The translations under genes and the position numbers were made by a program. DNA of 64,000 bases. Source: Pseudomonadota bacterium (GTDB lineage Bacteria; Pseudomonadota; Alphaproteobacteria; Reyranellales; Reyranellaceae). Within the stretch, counting starts at the first letter, position 1; each line of letters opens with the position of its first letter. Of this stretch, positions 9,781-18,233 are shown piece by piece. Below the pieces are notes generated by a model. The model made no database searches and was not told where the DNA came from. It was given only the letters and a program-made list of their open reading frames with translations. The stretch covers positions 19,227 to 83,226 of the forward strand of contig JBMONG010000017.1 in the NCBI GenBank assembly GCA_049323495.1, read 5' to 3'.

Positions 9781-10154
9781 CGGCGACCGGCAACGACCTC
9801 GTCGGCGCCTGGGACCTCGAAAGCTGGTCGCTCGAGCATGACGACGGCCGGCCGCGCGAATTCCCCCTGGGCGACCGCGCCCGGGGCATGCTGCTCTACA
9901 CGCCGGGCGGCGAGGTCAGCGCGACCTTGATGCGCGTGGGCGAGCCACCGGGCAGCTTCAGCTACGCCGGCCGGTATGTGGTCCGCGACGGCGCCGTCCA
10001 TCATTCGATCGAGGTCGCCAGCGACCCCTCGCTGGTCGGCATCACCACCACACGGCGCATCACGCGCGACGGCGACCGCCTCGTCCTCACCGGCGCCGAT
10101 TTCCGCGCCGGCACGGGACGCACGCAGAAGATCGCCTGGCGTCGCCGGTCGTGA
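9777..10154 (+). CDS. lipocalin-like domain protein
   Basis: GTG at 9777 overlaps the formamidase stop (GTGA). The translation [51 protein letters not shown] fits the lipocalin-like (Lipocalin_5-type) pattern from memory. The upstream part of ORF 9315..10154 is a shadow of the formamidase gene. Confidence 0.6.
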   Translation: MTATGNDLVGAWDLESWSLEHDDGRPREFPLGDRARGMLLYTPGGEVSATLMRVGEPPGSFSYAGRYVVRDGAVHHSIEVASDPSLVGITTTRRITRDGDRLVLTGADFRAGTGRTQKIAWRRRS

Positions 10155-11278
10155 CGGCGGAAGGTCTCCTGGGCGAAGCCGCCGGGCGCCATGACGAGAC
10201 GGCCTGGGCCCGGCATGCCATCGAGCTGATCCAGAACGACCAGCGTCGCTCTGCGGACACGCATCTGCTGCGGCTCGACGTTCCGGCCCCCGAGGGCATC
10301 GACATCTACCTGAAGGACGAATCGACCCATCCGACCGGCAGCCTGAAGCACCGCTTGGCGCGGTCGCTCTTCCTCTACGGCATCTGCAACGGCCGCATCC
10401 GGCACGACACACCGATCGTGGAGGCGTCGTCGGGCTCGACCGCGATCTCGGAGGCGTACTTCGCGCGCATGCTGGGACTGCCTTTCCATGCGGTCATGTC
10501 TGCCAGCACCTCGCAGGAGAAAGTCCGCGAGATCGAGCGCCAGCACGGCTGCTGCCACCTGGTGGCCGACGGCAAGGGCATCTACGCGGCCGCCGAGGCG
10601 CTGGCGCGGGAACTGGGCGGCGTCTACATGGACCAGTTCACCTACGCCGAGCGCGCCACCGACTGGCGCGGCAACAACAACATCGCCGAGTCCATCTTCG
10701 AGCAGATGAGCCGGGAACAGCACCCCGTGCCGGCCTGGATCGTCATGAGCGCCGGCACCGGCGGCTCGACGGCGACGCTCGGCCGCTTCATCCGCTACCG
10801 GCGGCTGGCCACCCGGCTCTGCGTCGCCGATCCCGAGCATTCGGCGTTCTTCGAGGCCTTCGCAACGGCCAACCCGGCGGCGACCTGCACCCAGGCCTCC
10901 CGGATCGAAGGGATCGGACGGCCGAGGGTCGAGCCGTCTTTCCTGCCCACCGTCGTGGATCACATGATGCGCGTGCCCGACGAGGTGTCGCTGGCGGCGA
11001 TGCGCGTGCTGTCGCGGCGCCTCGGCCGGCGGGTCGGCGGCTCGACGGGGACCAACTTCTTCGCGCTCTGCGTCGTGGCCGGCCGCATGAAGGCAAGGGG
11101 CGAAAAGGGCTCGCTTGTGACGCTGATCTGCGACGGCGGCGAGCGATACGGGCACACCTACTACGACAACGGATGGATTGCCGCCCAGGGGTTCGATCTC
11201 CTCCCCCACGAGCGTGCCCTGGACGCCTTCCTCGACGGAGCGCGGGAAATGCCGGGCGCCCTCCCCCAGCTAATCTAG
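10151..11278 (+). CDS. PLP-dependent cysteine synthase/desulfhydrase family protein
   Basis: PLP-lysine motif [11 protein letters not shown], with [10 protein letters not shown] and [12 protein letters not shown] loops. The GTG start overlaps the stop of the preceding gene (GTGA at 10151-10154). Confidence 0.85.
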   Translation: MTAEGLLGEAAGRHDETAWARHAIELIQNDQRRSADTHLLRLDVPAPEGIDIYLKDESTHPTGSLKHRLARSLFLYGICNGRIRHDTPIVEASSGSTAISEAYFARMLGLPFHAVMSASTSQEKVREIERQHGCCHLVADGKGIYAAAEALARELGGVYMDQFTYAERATDWRGNNNIAESIFEQMSREQHPVPAWIVMSAGTGGSTATLGRFIRYRRLATRLCVADPEHSAFFEAFATANPAATCTQASRIEGIGRPRVEPSFLPTVVDHMMRVPDEVSLAAMRVLSRRLGRRVGGSTGTNFFALCVVAGRMKARGEKGSLVTLICDGGERYGHTYYDNGWIAAQGFDLLPHERALDAFLDGAREMPGALPQLI

Positions 11279-11718
11279 GGAGCGGGCTCGACCCGCAGCT
11301 CCGTCCCGCGCACTTCGGCGATGCGCACGGGGGTGCCGGCCGCCATGTCGGGGCCGGTGACGGGCCAACTGCCATCGCCGACCCTGACGCGTCCGCGGCC
11401 GCGCAGGATAGGGGCGTCGAGCACGATGACCTTCCCGACCAGCGCCTCGCCGCGAGCGTTTATGGTAGCGTCCTGCGACCGCACCTGCTGCAGGCGTTTC
11501 AGGGTGGGACGCAGCACTACGGCCGACGCGACCGAGACGATCGCGAACACGAAGAGCTGCAGTTCCAGAGAAAGGTCGGCGACAACGAGCAGGAAGGCGC
11601 CGGAGGCCACGGCGCCGATCGCCAGGAACAGGAACACCACCCCGGGCAGCATCATCTCGAACACGAGCAGCACGGCGGCGACCGCCCACCAGTACCAGAA
11701 GATCATCTTGAAGCTCAT
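11275..11718 (-). CDS. NfeD family membrane protein
   Basis: N-terminal TM helices ([22 protein letters not shown]...) followed by a C-terminal OB-like soluble domain ([26 protein letters not shown]). It sits immediately downstream of an SPFH gene, which is the classic pairing. Confidence 0.8.
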   Translation of the reverse strand: MSFKMIFWYWWAVAAVLLVFEMMLPGVVFLFLAIGAVASGAFLLVVADLSLELQLFVFAIVSVASAVVLRPTLKRLQQVRSQDATINARGEALVGKVIVLDAPILRGRGRVRVGDGSWPVTGPDMAAGTPVRIAEVRGTELRVEPAP

Positions 11719-11735
11719 CTTCGGGGCCGGCGCCG

Positions 11736-12704
11736 TCAGCCGCTGGTCGGTACCGAGCCGCGCGGGCGCGATGGCTCGGCAGTGCCGGCCCGCGCCATCG
11801 CCTCCTTGGCCAGTTCGCCGATGCCCGCGATCGAGGCCATCACGCCGGAGGCCTCGACGGGCAGGAAGAAGACCTTGGCATTGTTGGCCGAGCCCATGCG
11901 CGACAGCGCTTCGACGTACTTGGTGCCCAGGAAGTAGTTGGTCGCCTGCACACCGTTGCCCGCGATCGCCTCCGCCACCATGTTGGTCGCCTTGGCCTCC
12001 GCCTCGGCCTGCCGCTCGCGCGCCTCGGCTTCGCGGAAGGCGGCCTCGCGCTTGCCTTCGGCGATCAGGATGGCCGACTGCTTGTCGCCCTCCGCGCGCT
12101 TGATCGAGGCTTCCCGCACGCCTTCGGCCTCCAGGATCGTCGCGCGCTTCTCGCGTTCCGCCTTCATCTGGCGTGCCATCGCCGACACGAGGTCGTCCGG
12201 TGGCGCGATGTCCTTCAGCTCCACGCGCAGCACCTTGACGCCCCAGGGATTGGTCGCCTGGTCGATCACGGCCAGCAGCGTGTCGTTGATTTCGTTGCGC
12301 TTGGACAGGACCTCGTCCAGCGCCATGTTGCCCATGACGCTGCGGATGTTCGTCACCGCCAGGTTGGCCATGCCGAGATGCAGGTTCTGGACCTCGTACG
12401 CCGCGCGCGCCGCGTCGATCACCTGGTAGAAGGCCACGGCGTCGACCTGCACGGTCGCGTTGTCCTTGGTGATCACCTTCTGGGCCGGCACATCCAGCAC
12501 GTTCTCCTGCATGTTCATCTTGCGGCCGACCGCATCGATGAACGGCACGATGAGATGCAGGCCTGGCGTCAGGGTCCGCGTGTAGCGGCCGAACCGTTCG
12601 ATGGTCCAGTTGCTGCCTTGCGGCACGGTCTTCACGCCCGCGAACACCAGCACGATCGCCACGACGACGAGTGCCAGGACGAAGATCAGGGCTCCGGATA
12701 TCAA
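11736..12704 (-). CDS. SPFH/band-7 (stomatin-like) protein
   Basis: TTG start at 12704 is preceded by GAGGGAGG. An N-terminal TM is followed by VPQGSNWTIERFGRYTRTLTPGLHLIVPFID and a coiled-coil rich in AEREKRA/AEGxRE repeats. Confidence 0.85.
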   Translation of the reverse strand: MISGALIFVLALVVVAIVLVFAGVKTVPQGSNWTIERFGRYTRTLTPGLHLIVPFIDAVGRKMNMQENVLDVPAQKVITKDNATVQVDAVAFYQVIDAARAAYEVQNLHLGMANLAVTNIRSVMGNMALDEVLSKRNEINDTLLAVIDQATNPWGVKVLRVELKDIAPPDDLVSAMARQMKAEREKRATILEAEGVREASIKRAEGDKQSAILIAEGKREAAFREAEARERQAEAEAKATNMVAEAIAGNGVQATNYFLGTKYVEALSRMGSANNAKVFFLPVEASGVMASIAGIGELAKEAMARAGTAEPSRPRGSVPTSG

Positions 12705-12783
12705 TGCTGCCTCCCTCGCTCGCGGCGGAAGGTAGCGCAAGCCGGCCTCCGCCGCTATCGACGGGCGTGATCGGACCGGCGCC

Positions 12784-13524
12784 TCAATGGATGCGCGTAT
12801 CGGTCGCCAGCCAGCGGTCGAGGAACCCGTCGATCCAGCGGTCGAGCGGCGGATCGTAGAGCGCATGCATGGCAAGGTGGACGCCCCGCTCCTGGGCGCC
12901 GGGAAGCTTCAGCCGTTCCGACGCCTTCAGCGTCCACAATTCCTTCATCTCCAGGGTCACCTCAGGATGGAACTGGAAGCCGAAGGCGTTGGCGCCGCAG
13001 CGGAACCCCTGCACGGGATAAGTGTCGTTGGTGGCCAGCAGTTCACAGCAGGCCGGGATCTGCATGCCTTCCCGATGCCACTGGTAGACCTTCATCGGCC
13101 CCCTGAACCATGGCCGGCCGGCCTCGGTCGGCCGGACGTCGACATAGCCGATCTCGACCCGACCCTCGGCATGCGGTCCGACCTTGCCGCCGGCTGCCCG
13201 GGTCAGAAGCTGGGCGCCGAGGCAGAGGCCGAGGAACGGCACGCCCGCCTCGACGACCTTGGGGATCCAGTCCAGCTCGCATCGAATGCCTGCCAGCGTG
13301 CCGCAATCGTTGGCCGACATCGGGCCACCGAAGATCACGACGCCGGCGTAGTCCGACAGATCTTCCGGCAGGTTGCAGCCGAGATTGGGGCACAGGCGAT
13401 GCAGCGTGTAGCCCCGCCGCTCGAGGAGCGCGCCGACCCGCCCGGGCCGCGAGTGCTCCTGATGCACGACGATCGCGATCTTGCTGCGATCACTCTTTTT
13501 GGGCTTTTCAGCCGCTACCGTCAT
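12784..13524 (-). CDS. class I glutamine amidotransferase (GMP-synthase-like domain)
   Basis: ATG at 13524 (MTVAAEK). Nucleophile elbow GLCLGAQLL and the FQFHPE histidine motif are present. Confidence 0.8.
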   Translation of the reverse strand: MTVAAEKPKKSDRSKIAIVVHQEHSRPGRVGALLERRGYTLHRLCPNLGCNLPEDLSDYAGVVIFGGPMSANDCGTLAGIRCELDWIPKVVEAGVPFLGLCLGAQLLTRAAGGKVGPHAEGRVEIGYVDVRPTEAGRPWFRGPMKVYQWHREGMQIPACCELLATNDTYPVQGFRCGANAFGFQFHPEVTLEMKELWTLKASERLKLPGAQERGVHLAMHALYDPPLDRWIDGFLDRWLATDTRIH

Positions 13525-13586
13525 GGAATTGCAAGATACCCTCGGCTTGTGGCAACGACAAGGCGGACCCATCGCGGAGGGACGAA

Positions 13587-14192
13587 ATGGCGCGCCGGCT
13601 CGACTTCTATTTCGACTGCTCCAGCCCCTGGACGTACTTGGCGTTCCATGCCGTCCAGCCGCTGGCTGCGCGGAGCTGTGCGGAGATCGTGTGGAAGCCC
13701 ATCCTGGTGGGTGGCGTGTTCAACGCGGCCAACCAGACCGTGTACGAAAGCCGGTCCAGGCCCAATCCGCTCAAGCAGAAGTACATGCTCAAGGACCTCG
13801 CCGACTGGGCTCGCCTGTACGGTCTGTCCATCACCTTTCCGCCGAGCGTCTTCCCGGTGAACAGCGTGAAGTGCATGCGTGGCGCCCTTCACGCCCTCGA
13901 CGAAGGCAAGCTGGTGCCCTACGCCACGGCCGCCTTCGAGGCCTATTGGGGCGGCGACCTCGACATCTCTCGCGAGGAGGTGCTGGCTGGCATCGCTGCG
14001 CGCGCGGGGCTGGAGCCGCAGGGCTTCTTCGCCGCCCTCGCATCCGAGGCCTGCAAGACCCGGCTGCGTGCGAACACCGACGAGCTGATCGCCCGAGGGG
14101 GATTCGGCAGCCCCACGATGTTCGTGGGCGAGTCCATGTTCTTCGGCAACGACCGCCTGCCCCTCGTCAAGGCGGCGCTGGAGGCCACGTGA
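13587..14192 (+). CDS. 2-hydroxychromene-2-carboxylate isomerase / DsbA-like thioredoxin-fold protein
   Basis: ATG at 13587. LDFYFDCSSPWTYLAF at the N-terminus and GGFGSPTMFVGESMFFGNDRL at the C-terminus are typical of the HCCA isomerase family. Confidence 0.8.
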   Translation: MARRLDFYFDCSSPWTYLAFHAVQPLAARSCAEIVWKPILVGGVFNAANQTVYESRSRPNPLKQKYMLKDLADWARLYGLSITFPPSVFPVNSVKCMRGALHALDEGKLVPYATAAFEAYWGGDLDISREEVLAGIAARAGLEPQGFFAALASEACKTRLRANTDELIARGGFGSPTMFVGESMFFGNDRLPLVKAALEAT

Positions 14193-14355
14193 CGGGGACG
14201 GCATGCCCGCCGTGCCCGGCGAGCCGCCGACACACGGGGCTTGGCCGCCCGGCCGATGCAATTCCGATGGGGACCACACGGTATTTGGATTTGAAAGCCG
14301 CCCCCAAGTGTTGTACCCGCATGCGGTTTCCGGCCAATGCGTTGGGAGTGTGTGG

Positions 14356-14913
14356 ATGATCAAGAAGCTCTTGCAGGCTGCAATCCTCGTCGCCGGCGGC
14401 TTGGCGCTGGGCGGCTGCCCTCTCCAGCAGGCCGAGACGAAGGCGCCTGCCAGCAGGCCCGCGGCCGCCGACTACCAGGCGCCGGTGCCGCCCTCACCGC
14501 CCGCCGGCAATATCCGCAGCTACTGCTACAACGATGCCGACCTGACGACCTTCCGCTCCCGCATGGTGCAGATGGAATTGAACGTCGCGACGCTGCAGTG
14601 TCAGAACACCAATGGCACTAGGGCCTACGAAAGCCTCTACGCGTCCTTCCTGAGCAAATTCCAGTCCGAGCTCTCCTCCAACGCCCGCGCCCTGCAGCAG
14701 CTCGCCAGGACCAAGCGCTTCAACGTCGACGTCGTCGTCACCGAATTCGCCAACCGCACGGCGCAGAAAGCCCCGACCGACAAGGAGTTCTGCTCCCGCG
14801 CGAAGCGTGCCTTCGACTGGGCAATGTCGCCGCAGGTCTCGTCCCTGGCGCAGGTGCCACCGCCCTATGATCTCGGCCCGGACATGAAGGTCTATCCCTG
14901 TCCGGCCCGCTGA
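14356..14913 (+). CDS. hypothetical lipoprotein
   Basis: ATG at 14356 gives MIKKLLQAAILVAGGLALGGC (lipobox LGGC). I recognise no domain. Coding-like GC3. Confidence 0.6.
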   Translation: MIKKLLQAAILVAGGLALGGCPLQQAETKAPASRPAAADYQAPVPPSPPAGNIRSYCYNDADLTTFRSRMVQMELNVATLQCQNTNGTRAYESLYASFLSKFQSELSSNARALQQLARTKRFNVDVVVTEFANRTAQKAPTDKEFCSRAKRAFDWAMSPQVSSLAQVPPPYDLGPDMKVYPCPAR

Positions 14914-14939
14914 TCAGGCGGCGTCCCGAGAAGCAGAAA

Positions 14940-14967
14940 GGCGGCCCCGTGGGCCGCCTTTTGTTTT
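14940..14967. terminator. bidirectional intrinsic terminator between convergent genes
   Basis: The stem GGCGGCCC/GGGCCGCC (8 bp, loop CGT) is followed by TTTTGTTTT on the + strand. It is preceded by AGAAAG, which reads CTTTCT on the - strand. Confidence 0.75.
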
Positions 14968-14970
14968 GCC

Positions 14971-15378
14971 CTATGGGCGGCGCGTCACCTGGATGAAGGT
15001 ATTGTTGGTGTTCGGCCGGTAGGTGATGTCGTAGTGCCCGCCCTTGCCAACGGCTTGGCAATTCGCCCCGGCCGTCTGGACGCGTGTGATGGCGTAGGTC
15101 GTCCAGGCGCTCCCCTTCGACATGTCGACGTCCAGCTGGAAGGACAGGTTGGGCGAGCTCTTCTGCGGGCTGTCGTACTTCCAGCAGATCCAGTTCTGAT
15201 AGTTGGGCTGCAGCTTCACGGTCTGCCACTGTCCGTCGCCCCACTTGTAGCGGTAGTTGATCGTCGCCTGGGTCTTGTTGTGGAAGCAGGCGCAGCCGTG
15301 CGTCGTCTGCTGTGCTCCGGCCGGCACAATCATCATCCCCCACAAAACCGCAGCACCTGCGAGATACAGTGCGCGCAT
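14971..15378 (-). CDS. secreted hypothetical protein (Trp/Asn/Gln/Tyr-rich, several Cys)
   Basis: ATG at 15378 gives MRALYLAGAAVLWGMMIVPAGAQQ (signal peptide). The mature part is rich in W, N, Q, Y and K, which is unusual for this genome. I recognise no domain. Confidence 0.55.
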   Translation of the reverse strand: MRALYLAGAAVLWGMMIVPAGAQQTTHGCACFHNKTQATINYRYKWGDGQWQTVKLQPNYQNWICWKYDSPQKSSPNLSFQLDVDMSKGSAWTTYAITRVQTAGANCQAVGKGGHYDITYRPNTNNTFIQVTRRP

Positions 15379-15466
15379 GCGCGTCCCCCTCCTCTTTCTC
15401 CCCAAAGCAACACCGCTATGGAATATTTGCCGCCACAACGCAATTAGAATGTCCCGATCTTTGGAC

Positions 15467-15501
15467 CTCCACCCACGTGCGAGCCGGCTGGTAGGGTGGA
15501 G
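15467..15501. repeat. inverted repeat (8-bp arms, 19-nt spacer)
   Basis: CTCCACCC (15467-15474) pairs with GGGTGGAG (15494-15501). Confidence 0.6.
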
Positions 15502-15536
15502 CCAAATCGACACGATCCTGGACGCCGACTAGGGCG

Positions 15537-15582
15537 GTTTCCACCATGATGGAACCGCAAGCGGTTCCATCATGGTGGAAAC
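15537..15582. repeat. perfect 22-bp-arm palindrome (2-nt centre)
   Basis: GTTTCCACCATGATGGAACCGC (15537-15558), then AA, then GCGGTTCCATCATGGTGGAAAC (15561-15582). The arms are exact reverse complements. Confidence 0.9.
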
Positions 15583-15611
15583 GCGCGCACGGGTGATCGA
15601 AGTTTCACAAG

Positions 15612-15651
15612 GCATGTTCCGTTCGGCTGATTCCAGCCGAACGGAACATGC
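15612..15651. repeat. perfect 18-bp-arm palindrome (4-nt loop)
   Basis: GCATGTTCCGTTCGGCTG (15612-15629), then ATTC, then CAGCCGAACGGAACATGC (15634-15651). The arms are exact reverse complements. Confidence 0.9.
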
Positions 15652-15667
15652 TTTAGTCTTCGCTCTG

Positions 15668-16567
15668 ATGCGCACCAACACCATCCGCACCGACGTGCTG
15701 GAAATCGCCTACGAGGAGCATGGCACCGCCGGTGGTCCTGCCGTGATCCTGCTGCACGGCTTCCCCTATGACGTGCGGGCATACGACGAGGTCGCCCCGC
15801 CACTGGCGGCCGATGGCTGCCGCGTCCTGGTACCCTACCTGCGCGGCTACGGACCGACCCGCTTCCTGTCCCCCGAGACGCCCCGGTCGGGAGAACAGGC
15901 CGCCCTCGGGCATGACCTTCTACAGTTCATGGACGCGCTCGGGATCCGGCGAGCGGCCCTCGCGGGCTACGACTGGGGCGGCCGCGCCGCCTGCATCGTG
16001 GCGGCCCTGCACCCGGAGAGGGTGCGCTGCCTGATGAGCTGCACCGGCTACAACATCCAGGACATCGCCGCCGCGAAGGAGCCCGCGCCAGCCATCCAGG
16101 AACACCGCTTCTGGTACCAGTATTACTTCCATACCGAACGCGGACGGGCAGGCCTCACGAAGAACCGGCGCGACATCTGCCGGCTGCTCTGGAAACTGTG
16201 GTCGCCCGAGTGGCGCTTCGACGAGGCGGCCTTCGAGCGTACAGCGCCGTCTTTCGACAATCCCGACTTCGTCGACGTCGTCATCCAGTCCTATCGGCAT
16301 CGCTACGGCTATGCGCCGGGCGATCCCGCGTTGCTCCGTCTGGAGGCGGAGCTGGCGCGCCAGCCCGGGATCGCCGTTCCGACCATCAACCTGCACGGCG
16401 GACACGACGGCGTCGGTCCGGCGCCCGCCGACGACAAACAGGCCCGCCGTTTCAGCGGTCCTTACGAACGCCGCCTGCTGCCGGGCATCGGGCACAACGT
16501 GCCGCAGGAGGCCCCGTCCGCCACGGTCGCCGCATTGCGCGATCTCCTGAACGCGACCGCGCCCTGA
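15668..16567 (+). CDS. alpha/beta hydrolase (epoxide hydrolase/haloalkane dehalogenase-like)
   Basis: ATG at 15668 (MRTNTIRTDVLEIAYEEHG). HGFP oxyanion motif (VILLHGFPYD), nucleophile elbow GYDWGG and C-terminal GHNVPQEAP. Confidence 0.85.
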   Translation: MRTNTIRTDVLEIAYEEHGTAGGPAVILLHGFPYDVRAYDEVAPPLAADGCRVLVPYLRGYGPTRFLSPETPRSGEQAALGHDLLQFMDALGIRRAALAGYDWGGRAACIVAALHPERVRCLMSCTGYNIQDIAAAKEPAPAIQEHRFWYQYYFHTERGRAGLTKNRRDICRLLWKLWSPEWRFDEAAFERTAPSFDNPDFVDVVIQSYRHRYGYAPGDPALLRLEAELARQPGIAVPTINLHGGHDGVGPAPADDKQARRFSGPYERRLLPGIGHNVPQEAPSATVAALRDLLNATAP

Positions 16568-16583
16568 GCCCGTCGCCGACGCG

Positions 16584-17192
16584 CTACTTGACCGCTGAGG
16601 CGCGCACGAAGGCCGGGCGCGACCGCAGGCGTTCCCGATAGGCCTTGGCGCGCGGCGTGATCAGCGCATCGAGGCCGAACACATCCATCAGGTGCAGGGG
16701 GTAGCCGACCGAGATGTCGGCCAGCGTCAGTCGCCCCGCCACCAGGAAATCGCGTCCCTCCAGCCGCAGCTCCAGCGCCTTGAGCCGGGCAGCCAGCGAC
16801 TCCCGAGCGTCGGCCAGCACCGCCTCTATGCCCTCTCCCTTGGCCGGCAGGCGGCTCACCCGCGCGGTCACGGACAGGGGCGCCATGAGGGTCGATTCGC
16901 CGTACCACAGCCACTGCAGGTACGGCGTTCGCTCCGGCTCCCCCGACGCCACGACGAGGTCGGAACTCTGACGGCTGGCGAGATGCTCGCAGATCGCCAG
17001 TGATTCGGCGATCACGCGATCACCATCCACCAGCGCGGGCAGCGTGCCGGTGGGATTGACGGCCAGAAAATCGGGCTGCTTCACGCGTGGCGGAAAGGGC
17101 AGCGACTTGACGTCGGCCGTCGCGCCCATCTCCTCCAGGGTCCAGAGAACGCGCAGCGATCGCGTGTTCGGTGCGTGATAGAGCGTGGCCAT
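16584..17192 (-). CDS. glutathione S-transferase
   Basis: ATG at 17192 (MATLYHAPNTRSLRVLWTLEE) overlaps the stop of the upstream TctC gene (ATGA). GST N-terminal and C-terminal patterns are present (NPTGTLPALVDGD..ESLAI). Confidence 0.85.
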   Translation of the reverse strand: MATLYHAPNTRSLRVLWTLEEMGATADVKSLPFPPRVKQPDFLAVNPTGTLPALVDGDRVIAESLAICEHLASRQSSDLVVASGEPERTPYLQWLWYGESTLMAPLSVTARVSRLPAKGEGIEAVLADARESLAARLKALELRLEGRDFLVAGRLTLADISVGYPLHLMDVFGLDALITPRAKAYRERLRSRPAFVRASAVK

Positions 17193-18160
17193 CAGCCCCC
17201 CTTGAGTCCTGCCGCCTTGATCAGCGGTCCCCACTTGTCGCGTTCGCGCTTCTCGAAGGCCGCGAGGTCGCCCGGCGAACCACCGGCCGGCTCGAAGCCG
17301 ATCTGGAGCAGACGCTGGCGAACGTCGGGCTGCGCGAGGATCTTGATTACTTCGGCATTGAGCCGGTCGACAACGGCTTTCGGCGTGCCGCGCGGTGCAT
17401 AAAGCGCATTCCAGGCGGTCACTTCGAAGCCGGGGAAGCCCTGCTCGGCCACCGACTTCACGCCGGGCAGCAGCGCGCTCGCCTTCAGGGTCGTGATGCC
17501 GAGCGGCTTCAGCTTTCCGGAGGCCACCTGGCCGCGTGTTGCCGTCGCCGTGTCGATGATCAGCGGCACCTGACCGCCGATGACCTCCTGCATGGCGGTC
17601 GCCGAGCCCTTGTAGGGGACGCCGAACAGCAGGGCGCCGCTCTTCTCCTTGAGGAGTTCGAAGACCAGGCGCGCCGTCGTGCTGGGCAGTGCCATGTCGA
17701 TCTTGTCGGGCTTGGCCTTGGCCGCGGTGATCAGTTCGGCGACCGAGTTCGCCGGGAACGACGGATTTGCCGAGATCACCATCGGCAGCATGCCGACCAG
17801 CGCGATCGGCTCGAAGTCCTTCTGCGAATCGTAGCCTACCGACGGGTAGAGGAACTCGTTCATCGTCTGGGTGGCCACCGTGCCCATCAGCAGCGTGTAG
17901 CCGTCGCCGGCCGATCGCGCCGCCTCGGCGGTGCCGATGTTGCCGCCGGCGCCAGGCTTGTTTTCGACATAGACCTGCTGGCCCAACGCCTTGCCGAGTT
18001 GTTCGGCGAACAGACGCGCTCCCACGTCCGTGCCCTGCCCGGCCTGGTAGGGCACGATGATCTTGATCGGCTTGCTGGGATACTCCTGGGCGGCCGCCGG
18101 CTGGCCGAAGGCCAGTCCGGCGACCAGCGCCGAGGCATAGGCTATCGCTTTCCACTCCAT
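17192..18160 (-). CDS. Bug-family tripartite tricarboxylate transporter substrate-binding protein (TctC-like)
   Basis: Signal peptide followed by YPSKPIKIIVPYQAGQGTDVGARL, ENKPGAGGNIG and VPYKGSA, all typical of the Bug/TctC family. Confidence 0.9.
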   Translation of the reverse strand: MEWKAIAYASALVAGLAFGQPAAAQEYPSKPIKIIVPYQAGQGTDVGARLFAEQLGKALGQQVYVENKPGAGGNIGTAEAARSAGDGYTLLMGTVATQTMNEFLYPSVGYDSQKDFEPIALVGMLPMVISANPSFPANSVAELITAAKAKPDKIDMALPSTTARLVFELLKEKSGALLFGVPYKGSATAMQEVIGGQVPLIIDTATATRGQVASGKLKPLGITTLKASALLPGVKSVAEQGFPGFEVTAWNALYAPRGTPKAVVDRLNAEVIKILAQPDVRQRLLQIGFEPAGGSPGDLAAFEKRERDKWGPLIKAAGLKGG

Positions 18161-18233
18161 CGTTTCGCTCCCTCGCTGGTCATTTTTGTCTTTCTCTCTC
18201 TCGACGCTTCTCCCGCACGAGCCGCATTGCGGA

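Noticed and set aside
11275-12704. The SPFH/NfeD pair as a possible novel module.
   Set aside because: This two-gene operon is a well-known, widely conserved arrangement. Nothing unusual is visible apart from the TTG start.
16584-18155. ORFs that look like fusions: 16584..18155, 22980..25196, 23924..25603, 25950..26843, 49241..52720 and 49609..53751.
   Set aside because: The N-terminal parts are out-of-frame read-throughs of the upstream gene. Recognisable homology begins only at internal starts that overlap or abut the neighbour's stop. I trimmed them to those starts.
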